From: a virus
Reading direction: 5' to 3' (one strand)
Length of the DNA stretch: 64,000 bases
IMG/VR virus record: IMGVR_UViG_3300037502_002729
Location: 43,343-107,342 of that record
In this document: in pieces, positions 36,433-47,265 of the stretch
How positions within the stretch are numbered: the stretch's first letter is position 1
How the letters are laid out: the number at the start of each line of letters is the position of its first letter
Program-made: the position numbers and the translations under genes
Notes under the pieces: generated by a model
The model's input: the letters and a program-made list of their open reading frames with translations, nothing else
Databases searched by the model: none
What the model was told of the DNA's origin: nothing

Positions 36433-37937
36433 TATTTTTTATTTACAATAAAGAATGCTAATTGTTTTTTATATGTTGAAACTTCCCCAGCAATATGAAC
36501 TTTTAAATCAATAAAATATTTATTTGGGATTTTATCCCTTGTGTCAAATATAAAATAATATTCATTTGGGCTTCTATTTATTTCTGTCCAATCTTGCACT
36601 TGCACCTCTGTTTCACCCTCCTTAACATAAACCCTATAATATGCTTTAACCCCTGTCAATAATTCATCTGTGCTATATGCCTTCTTTATAATAACCCCAA
36701 CCTTCCTAATATCTGTGTTAAGGATTTTCTCCCCTTGCATAACATTATAAAAATCAAAATTATATGATTCATTTTCTGTTGTTTTTGTTCCGGTCTTAAT
36801 TTTATTATTCATATCATATAATACAAATTCATTTTCAACATTTGGCAAGGTTATTCCATTTAAGGTTAATCCACTCCATACATCTGTAAATACCATTGGT
36901 GCTGTGTATCCACTAAACACATTTGGAATAGAAACTTCATAAACCCCTTTTGTCACCAATTTTGTTGATAAGTTTGTACAACCTGTAACAACATCACCAT
37001 CACCATCAAAAATATTAACAATAGGATTTGAATCCAAATTTATGTAATTTCCATCATCTGTAATAAACAAATATAGTTTATTTATTTTATTTTTCACAAA
37101 ATTATTTCTATCATCTTTTACCAAATCATCATATGTGGTGATAAGATATGGTTCATAGAATGTTTGTGTATGCCTTGAAAAAAAGCCCACAGCATAGCTT
37201 TCTGTTAGCCCTGTTGCATTTTCATAAGAAGGTGGATAAGCAATACCCCAACCAGCATAAGATGTTGTAGCACCTGTTAGAATGTCATTTATCTCATTTG
37301 TCATATCAAAAGAAATATCTTCATTCCCAAATTCAAAATGCTGTGTATCAAGAATGGTTAATCCACTATAATTAATAGTAGTTCCTGTATTTTTATTGTT
37401 ATAAATTCCTGATTCTGTCCAGCCACTTATGGTCTTACCACTAAACCAATTGGATGGAGTTGTGGTAAATGAATTATCATCTTTAATGACAAGGGGATAT
37501 TTTGCGCCTGACTTTGAGTTTAAGTTTTTTGAATAATCTGTATAATCATACCCAACCCCTTCATCCCAATATTGCACATATCCGGTATTCCCGCTACTTA
37601 AAGGAATTCTAAATAAATTCAAATCAAATGAGGATGCTCTTCTCTTTTGACTAGGCATTTGACCATTTAATAATGTTTTATCAAATGATGCTGTATTTTT
37701 CATCACTAGTGTATGTGTTGCACTACTTAATGAACCACTAAAAATGATATTATCATTAACTTTATTAATTAATGGTTGTAAATCAAGATTAAATATTAAT
37801 CTTGTTGGGCCATATGTTGGGATTAAATAATCTGCTGCACCATAACACAATTCTATAACAGGATTTCTACCTGTATTAATTTTTGAATTTGAGATTAATG
37901 TGTTATTTTGACTAAAATAAGAAAGATGAATTGACAT
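36432..37937 (-). CDS. Putative virion structural protein (beta-rich)
   Basis: T/G/N/aromatic-rich; adjacent to the spike-like gene; preceded by TATTTATT. Confidence 0.55.
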   Translation of the reverse strand: MSIHLSYFSQNNTLISNSKINTGRNPVIELCYGAADYLIPTYGPTRLIFNLDLQPLINKVNDNIIFSGSLSSATHTLVMKNTASFDKTLLNGQMPSQKRRASSFDLNLFRIPLSSGNTGYVQYWDEGVGYDYTDYSKNLNSKSGAKYPLVIKDDNSFTTTPSNWFSGKTISGWTESGIYNNKNTGTTINYSGLTILDTQHFEFGNEDISFDMTNEINDILTGATTSYAGWGIAYPPSYENATGLTESYAVGFFSRHTQTFYEPYLITTYDDLVKDDRNNFVKNKINKLYLFITDDGNYINLDSNPIVNIFDGDGDVVTGCTNLSTKLVTKGVYEVSIPNVFSGYTAPMVFTDVWSGLTLNGITLPNVENEFVLYDMNNKIKTGTKTTENESYNFDFYNVMQGEKILNTDIRKVGVIIKKAYSTDELLTGVKAYYRVYVKEGETEVQVQDWTEINRSPNEYYFIFDTRDKIPNKYFIDLKVHIAGEVSTYKKQLAFFIVNKK

Positions 37938-37955
37938 TTTTTTTATTAATAAATA

Positions 37956-39458
37956 TCAATTTATCCTAATTTTTTTGCTTAATATTTTTTTAGTTGCTAA
38001 TGATAATTCATTTAGTAGATTATTTATTGTTGATCCATCTTCTGTAACTGAAACTGGGGGCAAACCTGGGAATGGATGAGCATGTGTTATTAAAAATCTA
38101 ACAATTAGATTAATAAGTTCCAATAATTCTTCTCCCCTCACAGAAGATGATGTATTTGGATATATATTATCAATTATTTTATCTTGCTCAATACCATATA
38201 ATGATTCATTTAATTCAATTTTTCTTTTATTTGGTGCAGGTTCTGATTCATGAGATAATATATATATTTCATCAGCACCAATTAATGTTGATGTATTTAT
38301 CTCATCCAAAATTTGTGATTGTATCACATCAACCACTTGATCCAATCTTGGAGGTTCTGTGCTACCTTTTGAGTAAATAAACCCATATCCTCCTTGTTTT
38401 TCAAACTTATTAAATTTAATCTGGTTATAAATATCCACCAAATTTTGTGGGGGTAGTTTACCAAATCCACCTGTTAATCTTATTTGTGTTGCAAAACCAG
38501 GCCTAAAAAATATTGGATATTTAATTTCATTTGGCAAAAATAATTGTGTACCATCATCTAATTTTAATAAATTATCACAATTTGAAATAAAATTATTTAT
38601 AAATGCTATTGTTTCAACTTTAGTTAATTGATTAAATGAAGTTCTTGCTCTAATTGATTTCAAATCATCAATTGAACTATTTACAGTTAATTTATCAATG
38701 GCAACTCTTTCATTTTGATTTAAACTATATAAGTTTATAACACCATTGAATTTTTCTGTTGAATCTGGGTTTTGAATTATCCATTCAATCAAGAATTTTG
38801 TGGACAATATTTTGGATTTAGTAAATTCAAGTTCTGCTGGGGGTAAGACAACTTTACGTGTGTCATATTGTGATACTTGAACAAATGCTCTATTTTCATT
38901 TGGTGTTGGAAATTCTCTTGGATTTAATTGTCCTTTATATTTTCCTGAACGTAATAATACATCATTTTCCTTAACAATTATGTCTGATGAACCCCTACCA
39001 ATAATTCCATTATCTTTAGGTTCAACAAATAAACCTTTTGTCTTTGATTTTCTATATGTCCCATCTAAGTTTTTTAAACTTAAACCTTTAGTGAATCTTC
39101 TACCAGAACCTGTTTTAATTCTTGCCTCTGTTGCACTAGTTAAATTATTCCTCATTGGTGAAGTGAAATCAGCCTGGATAAAATATTGGTTATCAAATTT
39201 AAAGTCTTTGTTTGCAAAAATAACCAACACCCTTTCCCCAACTTCAATAGGTGCATTTATATAATATGGCAAAAGAGGTTTGAAGATGAAAGGGTCTCTA
39301 GGCCCCCACATATCTACATTTACATTAAAAGGTGGATCTGTAATAGAATTTAAGATAGCATCATTTCTATCAGAATCAATTTCAGCACGGACACGACCAA
39401 TCATATCAGGGTCTTCAATATGTGTTATAGTTGCTGGGAATAATATTCTATTATCCAT
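37956..39458 (-). CDS. Baseplate hub/central spike-like protein (gp5/gpV-type OB fold, C-terminal HxH)
   Basis: N-terminal EDPDMIGRVRA and P..GERVLVIF; IIGRGSSDIIVKENDVLLRSGK; C-terminal THAHPFPG. Confidence 0.7.
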   Translation of the reverse strand: MDNRILFPATITHIEDPDMIGRVRAEIDSDRNDAILNSITDPPFNVNVDMWGPRDPFIFKPLLPYYINAPIEVGERVLVIFANKDFKFDNQYFIQADFTSPMRNNLTSATEARIKTGSGRRFTKGLSLKNLDGTYRKSKTKGLFVEPKDNGIIGRGSSDIIVKENDVLLRSGKYKGQLNPREFPTPNENRAFVQVSQYDTRKVVLPPAELEFTKSKILSTKFLIEWIIQNPDSTEKFNGVINLYSLNQNERVAIDKLTVNSSIDDLKSIRARTSFNQLTKVETIAFINNFISNCDNLLKLDDGTQLFLPNEIKYPIFFRPGFATQIRLTGGFGKLPPQNLVDIYNQIKFNKFEKQGGYGFIYSKGSTEPPRLDQVVDVIQSQILDEINTSTLIGADEIYILSHESEPAPNKRKIELNESLYGIEQDKIIDNIYPNTSSSVRGEELLELINLIVRFLITHAHPFPGLPPVSVTEDGSTINNLLNELSLATKKILSKKIRIN

Positions 39459-39669
39459 TTTGTCTTTTATTATATTCTTTTAAAATTGTATTATATAACT
39501 CTTCAATTTGATCCAACTCATAAGTTAAATTTATAACAACATTCTTTGTTATATTAAAATGATTACTTAAATTGTCAAGCATTTTGACAATATTAGAATT
39601 ACTTTGTTCCTTTAAATTTTTTGAAAATTCAATGGCATCATTAATGTGATTATTTTCCATATTATCCAT
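39451..39669 (-). CDS. Small coiled-coil hypothetical protein
   Basis: ORF overlapping both neighbours. Confidence 0.7.
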   Translation of the reverse strand: MDNMENNHINDAIEFSKNLKEQSNSNIVKMLDNLSNHFNITKNVVINLTYELDQIEELYNTILKEYNKRQNG

Positions 39670-41701
39670 GTCTTTTTTTGGCAAAAACTCTACCTGTTAG
39701 TTGGGGATCAATAAACCCATCCACAGCTCCATTTGCAATTTCCTCATTATCCATTCCATTAATTATAGATTCAGCAAATAACAATACTCTATTTGGTGTT
39801 CCATCTAATAATGGTTCAGTGGGTAAACCTAAACTTTGCATTTCAGAAATTACATTTATTTTTGCACGTTCATTTGAAAATCCTGGTAAAAATTGTGCAC
39901 CAATCAATAATGGTGGTGGAATTGGTATAATTGCTGCTTTGTTTAAAATATTTATAGAATTTAATATTTTTCCAATACTTTCAACAACACTCTTACATTT
40001 TTTAAAATCAGTTACTGTTGATATAATTCCAAGTAGTGCTGAACTTAGTGCCAATATTATTTGTTTTTGTTTTTTTGTGTAATTTTTAAATACACCTCCA
40101 ATAACCCTTGAAACTAATTTCTTCAATTTCTTTTTTAATTCATTAAAAAGTTCTTTTACAAAGATTTCTAAAACTCTAGTTGTTACATTTTGTAAATATG
40201 TTTTATACTTTTTTGCAAAAATTTCACTATCATCTACAATTTCTTTTGTGAAGTTTGTGATATTTTCATCATTTTGTTTAATAAACTTATCTGCTTGGGT
40301 TTTTAATTGTTTATAATTATTTCCAATTGTTTTTTCAATAACTTGGCCTAATGTCATAATTGGCAATAAAACTTTTGGGGATATAATTGATTCCATCATT
40401 GCCTTAACAAATGCAAATAGTGTTGAATTATTATTCTTTAAATTATTATTATTTAATATATTCAATACCCCATTTGTTATAGCATCACTTTTTTGATTAG
40501 GTGTTGATAATTCATTGATGTTTGCAATTATTTCTTTTGCATAATCCACAATACCATCATAATCAATAGGTTGGTTCTCAACACCACAACTATCAAAACT
40601 AACAATCTTATTTATATAATTGTTTATTAGACTATCAATATCTCTTAATTCTATTTCTGAAAATGTGAAAAAGTCATCACTATTATCATCTAATTCTGGA
40701 ATTTTTGCAATTCCACTAACATCAATTGAATCACTATTGTCAAAACATTTGCCACAAAATCTTTCAAGCAAAATCATAAATTTTGACTTACCACCAAGTT
40801 CAGTTGGGGATGTACTTTGAGTTATATCTGCACCATCAAGGATGTAGTTAATTATGTTTTTTGTTAAATTATTAAAATCAAAAACATTAATGCTACTATA
40901 ATAATCAAAAATAAATTTACTATAATAATTGAATTCATCATTATCACTTAATAATGTTATTGCAATAAAATCTCCTGTCTCCCCTAAATCATTTGTTGTG
41001 GTATAATTAAAGTCAAACAAAGGCAACCCAGAATTACCTCTATAAACATCTCCATATTTATTATAAAAACTTTCACCAGGCTTTATAAGCCTATTATAAA
41101 TTTCATAATTTAAAGGAAACCCAATTTGACCTCCAAAATTTTTATATGTATTATTATCAATTCCATCCTTAATAGATGCTGCCTCTAATTTCTCATAAAA
41201 GAAAACACCAGCAGTTGAGTTTGGATCTTTTTTTAGATTTTTCCATAAATCTAAATTTTTAATTGGTATAAATACTTTATTAGTTACTTGTATATTAGGG
41301 GATTCAAAATCTGAAAATTTCAATGTTGGGAATGTTTGCTCATCTCTACACCCTAATAAATTAATACATTCTTCTGCTAATATGTTTTTTATTTCAGGTA
41401 AATTTCTTCCAATAATACTAGAAAATAATTTTAATAAATTATTATTTGTATTATCACCTTCTCCATCTATTTTTTTTATAAAACCAATTAACTGGTCAAA
41501 TAATTTTGGGGTTTTGTTTTTTTTTAAGTTTTTAACTGAATTAGAAATATTTATTGCATTGTTTACACTTGATACTTTTTTATCAAAAAATATCTGTGCT
41601 TGTGCCCTTGCTTGTTCTGATGCTTTTGTACTAGCCAAATAAGTTGAATAAGCATCAATTTGCTTTGTTATTTTCTTATATTCATTTAATAAACTTGGCA
41701 T
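39662..41701 (-). CDS. Hypothetical protein (679 aa)
   Basis: Long ORF. Confidence 0.8.
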   Translation of the reverse strand: MPSLLNEYKKITKQIDAYSTYLASTKASEQARAQAQIFFDKKVSSVNNAINISNSVKNLKKNKTPKLFDQLIGFIKKIDGEGDNTNNNLLKLFSSIIGRNLPEIKNILAEECINLLGCRDEQTFPTLKFSDFESPNIQVTNKVFIPIKNLDLWKNLKKDPNSTAGVFFYEKLEAASIKDGIDNNTYKNFGGQIGFPLNYEIYNRLIKPGESFYNKYGDVYRGNSGLPLFDFNYTTTNDLGETGDFIAITLLSDNDEFNYYSKFIFDYYSSINVFDFNNLTKNIINYILDGADITQSTSPTELGGKSKFMILLERFCGKCFDNSDSIDVSGIAKIPELDDNSDDFFTFSEIELRDIDSLINNYINKIVSFDSCGVENQPIDYDGIVDYAKEIIANINELSTPNQKSDAITNGVLNILNNNNLKNNNSTLFAFVKAMMESIISPKVLLPIMTLGQVIEKTIGNNYKQLKTQADKFIKQNDENITNFTKEIVDDSEIFAKKYKTYLQNVTTRVLEIFVKELFNELKKKLKKLVSRVIGGVFKNYTKKQKQIILALSSALLGIISTVTDFKKCKSVVESIGKILNSINILNKAAIIPIPPPLLIGAQFLPGFSNERAKINVISEMQSLGLPTEPLLDGTPNRVLLFAESIINGMDNEEIANGAVDGFIDPQLTGRVFAKKRHG

Positions 41702-41705
41702 ATAT

Positions 41706-42074
41706 TTATTTTAGTGTATAGTTGTTATTAGAATCATTTGCAATATCTTTGTCTAGTAAATTTTGTAACAATGATTCATCTAAATCAGCAAAAGAATAAG
41801 ATGTTTCATCCTTGCTCATCTTCTCCCATATGCTTGATTGAAGTTTAGATAAACTTAACTTTTTCTCAACACAATCATTTATAATTTTTTGTTGTTTTTC
41901 AATAACTGGTCCAATCATTGTCATATCTTCAGGATCCTTCAACATTGCCAACATTTTATTTTGAATGCGTACAGCAGTTGTCCTCTGTTCAACAAGTTCA
42001 TTATAAATCTCTTGCATTAGATTTAAAATTGATTCTTTATTAAAAGCAATTTCTTTTTTAAATGGTCTAGGCAT
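41706..42074 (-). CDS. Coiled-coil hypothetical protein
   Basis: Clean ORF. Confidence 0.8.
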   Translation of the reverse strand: MPRPFKKEIAFNKESILNLMQEIYNELVEQRTTAVRIQNKMLAMLKDPEDMTMIGPVIEKQQKIINDCVEKKLSLSKLQSSIWEKMSKDETSYSFADLDESLLQNLLDKDIANDSNNNYTLK

Positions 42075-42076
42075 AA

Positions 42077-42802
42077 TTATACAATTTTATTTACAATAAA
42101 AATATAAAGAGATTTGAATTTTTTTAGGGAAACTCTAATCTCTTTTGTTGTTAAATTTGTCATCTCTCTCAATGACAATAATATTAAATTTTTATTAAAT
42201 TTTGAATTATCTGTTGATGTAAATATTGTTTCATATTTTTCAAAAACATCAATTAAGGCTAAACCTAATTTTTTCTCATTATCATTTAAATTTTGTGTAT
42301 CAACAAAATCTTTTAACTTTATAGTATATTGAAGAATTACACTATCTAAATCCAACACATCATCATCTATATGATAACTCATATCTGGTCTATCCTCTAA
42401 TGAAGCTGATATATCTTCATATGATACTTTTCTATTAGTTTCTTTTTGGTCTTTAAGAATTTGTCCCATTAAGTAATTCTTACAGATTGTTCCAAAATAT
42501 GAATATGCTTTTTTATTTTTGGATGGCTTAAACTTATCAACTTTAGTCATAAGAAAAGAATGGACATCGCTATGAATCTCATTGAAGTCCATATCTTTTC
42601 TATATAATCTATATCGTCTAATTATTGACGATATCATCTTGTCTAATGGTTTTCTAAGAAATTGGTTGTATATGTTATTTTTTTCTTGAAAAGTTTTTGC
42701 AGTTAAAAAATCAATAACAGCATTTTCTTCCCTTATGTCAAAATAATTTTCTTTTGGTTTTTTCTTTGTTTTCTTAGCCTCATCAATAATTTGGTTTATC
42801 AT
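42077..42802 (-). CDS. Phage sigma-factor-like protein (gp55-like, candidate late sigma)
   Basis: Region-2-like KVDKFKPSKNKKAYSYFGTICKNY, compared with the gp55-type F.P....AFxYFT.I..N pattern. Confidence 0.65.
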   Translation of the reverse strand: MINQIIDEAKKTKKKPKENYFDIREENAVIDFLTAKTFQEKNNIYNQFLRKPLDKMISSIIRRYRLYRKDMDFNEIHSDVHSFLMTKVDKFKPSKNKKAYSYFGTICKNYLMGQILKDQKETNRKVSYEDISASLEDRPDMSYHIDDDVLDLDSVILQYTIKLKDFVDTQNLNDNEKKLGLALIDVFEKYETIFTSTDNSKFNKNLILLSLREMTNLTTKEIRVSLKKFKSLYIFIVNKIV

Positions 42803-43608
42803 TAAGATTGTGCAATTTCGTATTTTATTTCTCTATCTGTTGTGAAAAAATATTCTTTTTTTGCAGTTTGAAGCCAAAACTTAACCTCATCTTCAGTAAT
42901 ATTATTCTTATCAAACTTGTAATTCCAAAAAATTGACCCCTCCCTTAAATTTGTATGTTTGTATCCTAGTCTAGGTATGGTCATAATTTGTGCACCATTA
43001 TAAGTTAACCTCAATAAAAATTCATATCCAAATGTTAATTTTATTGAAGGTTTAAATCCACCCATCTCAATAAATATATCTTTTTTCAAAATAATTCCAG
43101 ATGTTTGGAAATTTTGATAATCATGCAAAATATCATTTGTCAAAACTCCCATTTCTTGGGTGAAGTTTGCAGCAAAAGTTGCTTCATTTGTAAACCCAGC
43201 AAAAACATCCTTGGAATCAACATCAACAACAACTGGAAGAAAAGCATTATATTCTGGATATGCTTGGGCATATTTTTTGAAATTCTTAAACCATATATTT
43301 GAATACTCATCATCAAATTCAAAAAAACTAACCCAATTAGAACTAGCATTATTGACACCATAATTAATTTGTGCACAATAATTTGGTTCATTTTCCCAAA
43401 CTAATTTTTTAACATTTAATTCTTTAAAATCAAAATTATTTAAAAACTCAACAAGTGAATCTTCTTTTGTATGTACAATAACTAATTCATCAAAGTCATT
43501 TTGTTGTTTCTCTAGTGAGGTTATTGCCTTTTCAAAGAATAAATCAAAATCTTTGGCTCTTGATGATTTGATTGGTAATATTACAGATACTGATAATTTT
43601 TTGTCCAT
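42802..43608 (-). CDS. GT2-like (GT-A) glycosyltransferase
   Basis: SVSVILP, INYGVN, FFEFDD, FIEMGGF. Confidence 0.8.
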   Translation of the reverse strand: MDKKLSVSVILPIKSSRAKDFDLFFEKAITSLEKQQNDFDELVIVHTKEDSLVEFLNNFDFKELNVKKLVWENEPNYCAQINYGVNNASSNWVSFFEFDDEYSNIWFKNFKKYAQAYPEYNAFLPVVVDVDSKDVFAGFTNEATFAANFTQEMGVLTNDILHDYQNFQTSGIILKKDIFIEMGGFKPSIKLTFGYEFLLRLTYNGAQIMTIPRLGYKHTNLREGSIFWNYKFDKNNITEDEVKFWLQTAKKEYFFTTDREIKYEIAQS

Positions 43609-43609
43609 T

Positions 43610-44656
43610 TTATATTTTGTTTAATTGTTCTTCAAATGCATTTATTCTATTTTCAAAATAGCCACTAAAACAATCAATGATTGTTGATTTGAATTTATCT
43701 TTGTCCTGGTATTCTTTTGATGTGTTTTCAATCTCATCATATAATTCAGGTGTAATACTATCTTCAAGCCAGTTTTGAATAAATTCAGCAATATAATCAA
43801 CCATTTTTAACTTGTCTTGAATCCATATGCCATTCTTATCATTCATCCATTCTGGAATTAAATCAGGGATTTTGCCAATTACAGGAATTCCACAAGACAT
43901 TGATTCTAATGGGAATGTTCCAAATCCACTAATATCATCAATCCAAACACTTAAAAAACAATTCTTTAAAGAATTGGCAAATTCAGTATGGGATAATCCT
44001 CTCATATCCCTAAATGTAAACCACCTAAATTGGGGATATTTTAAATAAAATTCTTTTACAATATTAATTGTATCACTTTGTTCTCTTGTATGCATTGCAA
44101 TAATTGGCATTGGTGGCAGTTTTGGTTTTGTGAAAATGTCAGAAATAATTGGTTTGATTATATCAAATGATATTTTTTTCATATATGAATCAATCCTTTC
44201 TTTTTGTTTTTCACTTGTTGTAATACATTTAAGAAATCCAAATGATGTCCATGCTTGTCCTGGTTGAAGTGTGTCTAATACATATGAATATGATTGAGCC
44301 AAAACAATTCTACCACAAGGTAAATCTTTAATTTGTTCCATTATAAATCCATATATTTCTGGAAGAACAATAAAATCTTCAGGGCTTATCTCTAGGCTTT
44401 CCCCCTCAATGGACCGGTGGGGCAATTTTGACATATACTCCTCACCAAGCCAAGAATCTACACCAGTATAATCTTTTTTCTCATGGAGAATAATTGGGTT
44501 AAACCCATTTTCTTTTAAAGTTAAAGCAACATCATAGATATATTTTATTGAAGCCCTTGCATTTCCTTTTGTGTCTTGGGCAACAAAATAAATCCTTGAT
44601 TTTTTATCCTTTAGAATATTTAAAGAATTTTCAATTTTTGATTTTAAGTCATTCAT
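43610..44656 (-). CDS. GT-B/GT4-like glycosyltransferase
   Basis: SGFGTFPLESMSCGIPVIG; IVLPEI. Confidence 0.75.
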   Translation of the reverse strand: MNDLKSKIENSLNILKDKKSRIYFVAQDTKGNARASIKYIYDVALTLKENGFNPIILHEKKDYTGVDSWLGEEYMSKLPHRSIEGESLEISPEDFIVLPEIYGFIMEQIKDLPCGRIVLAQSYSYVLDTLQPGQAWTSFGFLKCITTSEKQKERIDSYMKKISFDIIKPIISDIFTKPKLPPMPIIAMHTREQSDTINIVKEFYLKYPQFRWFTFRDMRGLSHTEFANSLKNCFLSVWIDDISGFGTFPLESMSCGIPVIGKIPDLIPEWMNDKNGIWIQDKLKMVDYIAEFIQNWLEDSITPELYDEIENTSKEYQDKDKFKSTIIDCFSGYFENRINAFEEQLNKI

Positions 44657-44657
44657 A

Positions 44658-44936
44658 TTAATAGTGGTTTATTATTTTTTTATTAAGTAAAGTATTAAAT
44701 GCTATTTTGAATGGAATAGTTAAATCATTTGCAGAGGTCAACCCCAATTTATCATCAATATCATCAGCCTCTGTCAGTACAACATCTAACATTAATTTTA
44801 CAAGTTCATATTTTATTATATTTATTTTTGTTTCAGTTTCCCCTGTTGTTGTTAGTGTTGATGTTTCACTCATATCAACATATTTTTCAATAACATCCAA
44901 ATCAATATAATAATGATCTCCAAATACTTTTAGCAT
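44658..44936 (-). CDS. Hypothetical protein
   Basis: ORF within the operon. Confidence 0.75.
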   Translation of the reverse strand: MLKVFGDHYYIDLDVIEKYVDMSETSTLTTTGETETKINIIKYELVKLMLDVVLTEADDIDDKLGLTSANDLTIPFKIAFNTLLNKKIINHY

Positions 44937-45520
44937 ATTTCTAATATTTTTTCTTTTAATTCATTTATTTTTTTAATACTATGTTTTGACTTAATATTTT
45001 TGTTATATTCTTGCTCATATTTTATAACAATTTTATTGTTAGGCATTTCTAATAATAAGATAGGATTTGCTGTAAGTAAAACATCTATTGAATCAAGCAT
45101 ATTATTTTTTGTTTGTTCACTATAAAACATTATATTCTCAATCAAACAAGAAAACTTTGAAAGGAAAAATAATGTTGCAGGTTTGGATTTTCCAATTTCA
45201 TCTGAGACAATCACAATTTCATATTTATCTCTCATATCAATATAGAAATCATTCAAATCATTCATTCCAGTATATTCAATAGATGCTGCGTGACCAAATA
45301 TTTCCATAGGATGTTCAACATATAAAAAATTATATAAATCTTCACTAGTTTCAAACTTAAAATGATTCATAAGGTTTAAAGAATCAATTGGGTAAATTAT
45401 CTCATATTTAAACCCACCAACTTCATCTTCTTCATTTGATATATAGAATTTATCATAAACTTGCTCTATCTTTCCAAGAGTATCTCTTAAAACTCCATTC
45501 AAATCAATTGCTATCCTCAT
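44930..45520 (-). CDS. HAD-like 5'(3')-nucleotidase-related protein
   Basis: MRIAIDLNGVLRD (DxN variant of the DxD motif). Confidence 0.6.
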   Translation of the reverse strand: MRIAIDLNGVLRDTLGKIEQVYDKFYISNEEDEVGGFKYEIIYPIDSLNLMNHFKFETSEDLYNFLYVEHPMEIFGHAASIEYTGMNDLNDFYIDMRDKYEIVIVSDEIGKSKPATLFFLSKFSCLIENIMFYSEQTKNNMLDSIDVLLTANPILLLEMPNNKIVIKYEQEYNKNIKSKHSIKKINELKEKILEIC

Positions 45521-46235
45521 ATTTTTTTAATATTTTTGTTATAAGGGGATTTCTAACAATATCTTTAACATCAAATTCATGGTGAGCAATGTCCTCAACA
45601 TCTTGTAATCTTAGCATAGCATCATATAAACCTGTTCCCCTTTTGTCTTTATATCTGTCTGTTTGTTCCAAATCTCCAGATATAAAGAATTTAGTATTAA
45701 AACCAATTCTTGTCAATAGTAATTTCATTTGGTTTGGAGTTGTATTTTGTGCTTCTTCCAAAACCAATATGGTGTTATCAATATTTAAACCCCTCATATA
45801 AGCAAGAGCCATAACCTCAATAACCTCCATATCCATTAATTTCTCACGAATATTTTTGCCAATGATTTTATTTAAAAGATAAAAAGATGGATAAATATAT
45901 GGATCCATCTTCTCATTAACTGTCCCTGGCAAAGCACCTAGTTTTTCTTCTGCCTCAACAGCTGGTTTAACAATTACCAATTTGTCATATGTATTGTTTG
46001 GGTCTGCAAGTAAATCAATTGCTGCTTTCATTGACATATAACTCTTGCCTGTTCCAGCTGGGCCAACACAAATTGTTATTTGGTGATTTAATAATTTGTC
46101 ATAATAAATTGCTTGGTTGTCATTTAGGAATTTTTCTTTTGTTTTCTTTTTTAGCAAACTGCAAATTTGGCTTTTTCTTGATTGGGGAGCTAACTCAACC
46201 TCATCTTCTTTTTTCACAAATCTTCTTCTTGTCAT
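45504..46235 (-). CDS. phoH: PhoH family ATPase
   Basis: GPAGTGKS, LGALPG, AYMRG, EEAQN, LLTRIG, GDLEQ, DIVRNP. Confidence 0.92.
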   Translation of the reverse strand: MTRRRFVKKEDEVELAPQSRKSQICSLLKKKTKEKFLNDNQAIYYDKLLNHQITICVGPAGTGKSYMSMKAAIDLLADPNNTYDKLVIVKPAVEAEEKLGALPGTVNEKMDPYIYPSFYLLNKIIGKNIREKLMDMEVIEVMALAYMRGLNIDNTILVLEEAQNTTPNQMKLLLTRIGFNTKFFISGDLEQTDRYKDKRGTGLYDAMLRLQDVEDIAHHEFDVKDIVRNPLITKILKKYEDSN

Positions 46236-46269
46236 TAAGTTGTTTTTATTTAATAATAAATAATGGAAA

Positions 46270-47265
46270 CTAAAATTTAACTATTAAATTTTGATTGTTA
46301 AATTTATGTAACCAATATTCAATCATCTCATCAAGCATTGTTTCAAATGTATATTTTGGCTTCCAATTTATTGTTTTCCTTAATTTTGTGGAATCACCTT
46401 TTAAATCATTTAATTCTTCTGGTCTATAAAATTTCTCATCTTGGACAACATAATCCAAGTAATTTAAATCCAAAGCACCAAAAACATATTCACATAATTC
46501 TCTAACTGAATGGGATACCCCTGTGGCACACACAAAGTCATCAGGATTGCTTAATTGCAATATTGACCACATAGCTTCAACATAATCTTTTGCGTGTCCC
46601 CAGTCTCTTGTAGCATCCAAATTCCCAAGTTTTAAGGTGTTACTTAAACCTAGTTTTATCTTAACTGCTTCTTTAACCACCTTGTTTGTAACAAAATTTG
46701 TTCCTCTTCTTGGGCTTTCATGATTAAATAGAATTCCATTTGATATGAACATTCCATAAGAATTCCTATAATTCCTTGCAATATTATATGCAAATACCTT
46801 TGAACATCCATAAGGGGACACTGGTATGAGGGGGGTTGTTTCCCTTTGATATCCATCAGCATCAATTGAGTTGCCAAACATTTCAGATGATGATGCCTGG
46901 TAAACTCTAATATTTTTATCAATCAATTTAACTGCTTCAAATACATTCAATGCACCAATACCTGTTGCATTTGCTGCATATAATGGTTGGTCAAATGATA
47001 TTCTTACATGAGATTGAGCTGCCAAATTATATATCTCATTTGGTCTAACTTCTTGTATAACTCTAATCAATGAAGATAAATCAGTCAAATCAGCATAATG
47101 CAATTTTAACTTATCATAAACATTATTTAATCTTGATGTCTGATTCTCAGCAACAGAATTTCTCTTTAATAATCCATAAACCTCATATCTTTTATCAAGT
47201 AGTAATTCAGATAGATAAGATCCATCTTGACCATTAATTCCAGTTATTAATGCTATTTTATTCAT
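46270..47265 (-). CDS. gmd: GDP-mannose 4,6-dehydratase
   Basis: ALITGINGQDGSYL, YNLAAQSHV, YQASSSEMFG, GILFNHESPRRG, RDWGHAKDYV. Confidence 0.97.
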   Translation of the reverse strand: MNKIALITGINGQDGSYLSELLLDKRYEVYGLLKRNSVAENQTSRLNNVYDKLKLHYADLTDLSSLIRVIQEVRPNEIYNLAAQSHVRISFDQPLYAANATGIGALNVFEAVKLIDKNIRVYQASSSEMFGNSIDADGYQRETTPLIPVSPYGCSKVFAYNIARNYRNSYGMFISNGILFNHESPRRGTNFVTNKVVKEAVKIKLGLSNTLKLGNLDATRDWGHAKDYVEAMWSILQLSNPDDFVCATGVSHSVRELCEYVFGALDLNYLDYVVQDEKFYRPEELNDLKGDSTKLRKTINWKPKYTFETMLDEMIEYWLHKFNNQNLIVKF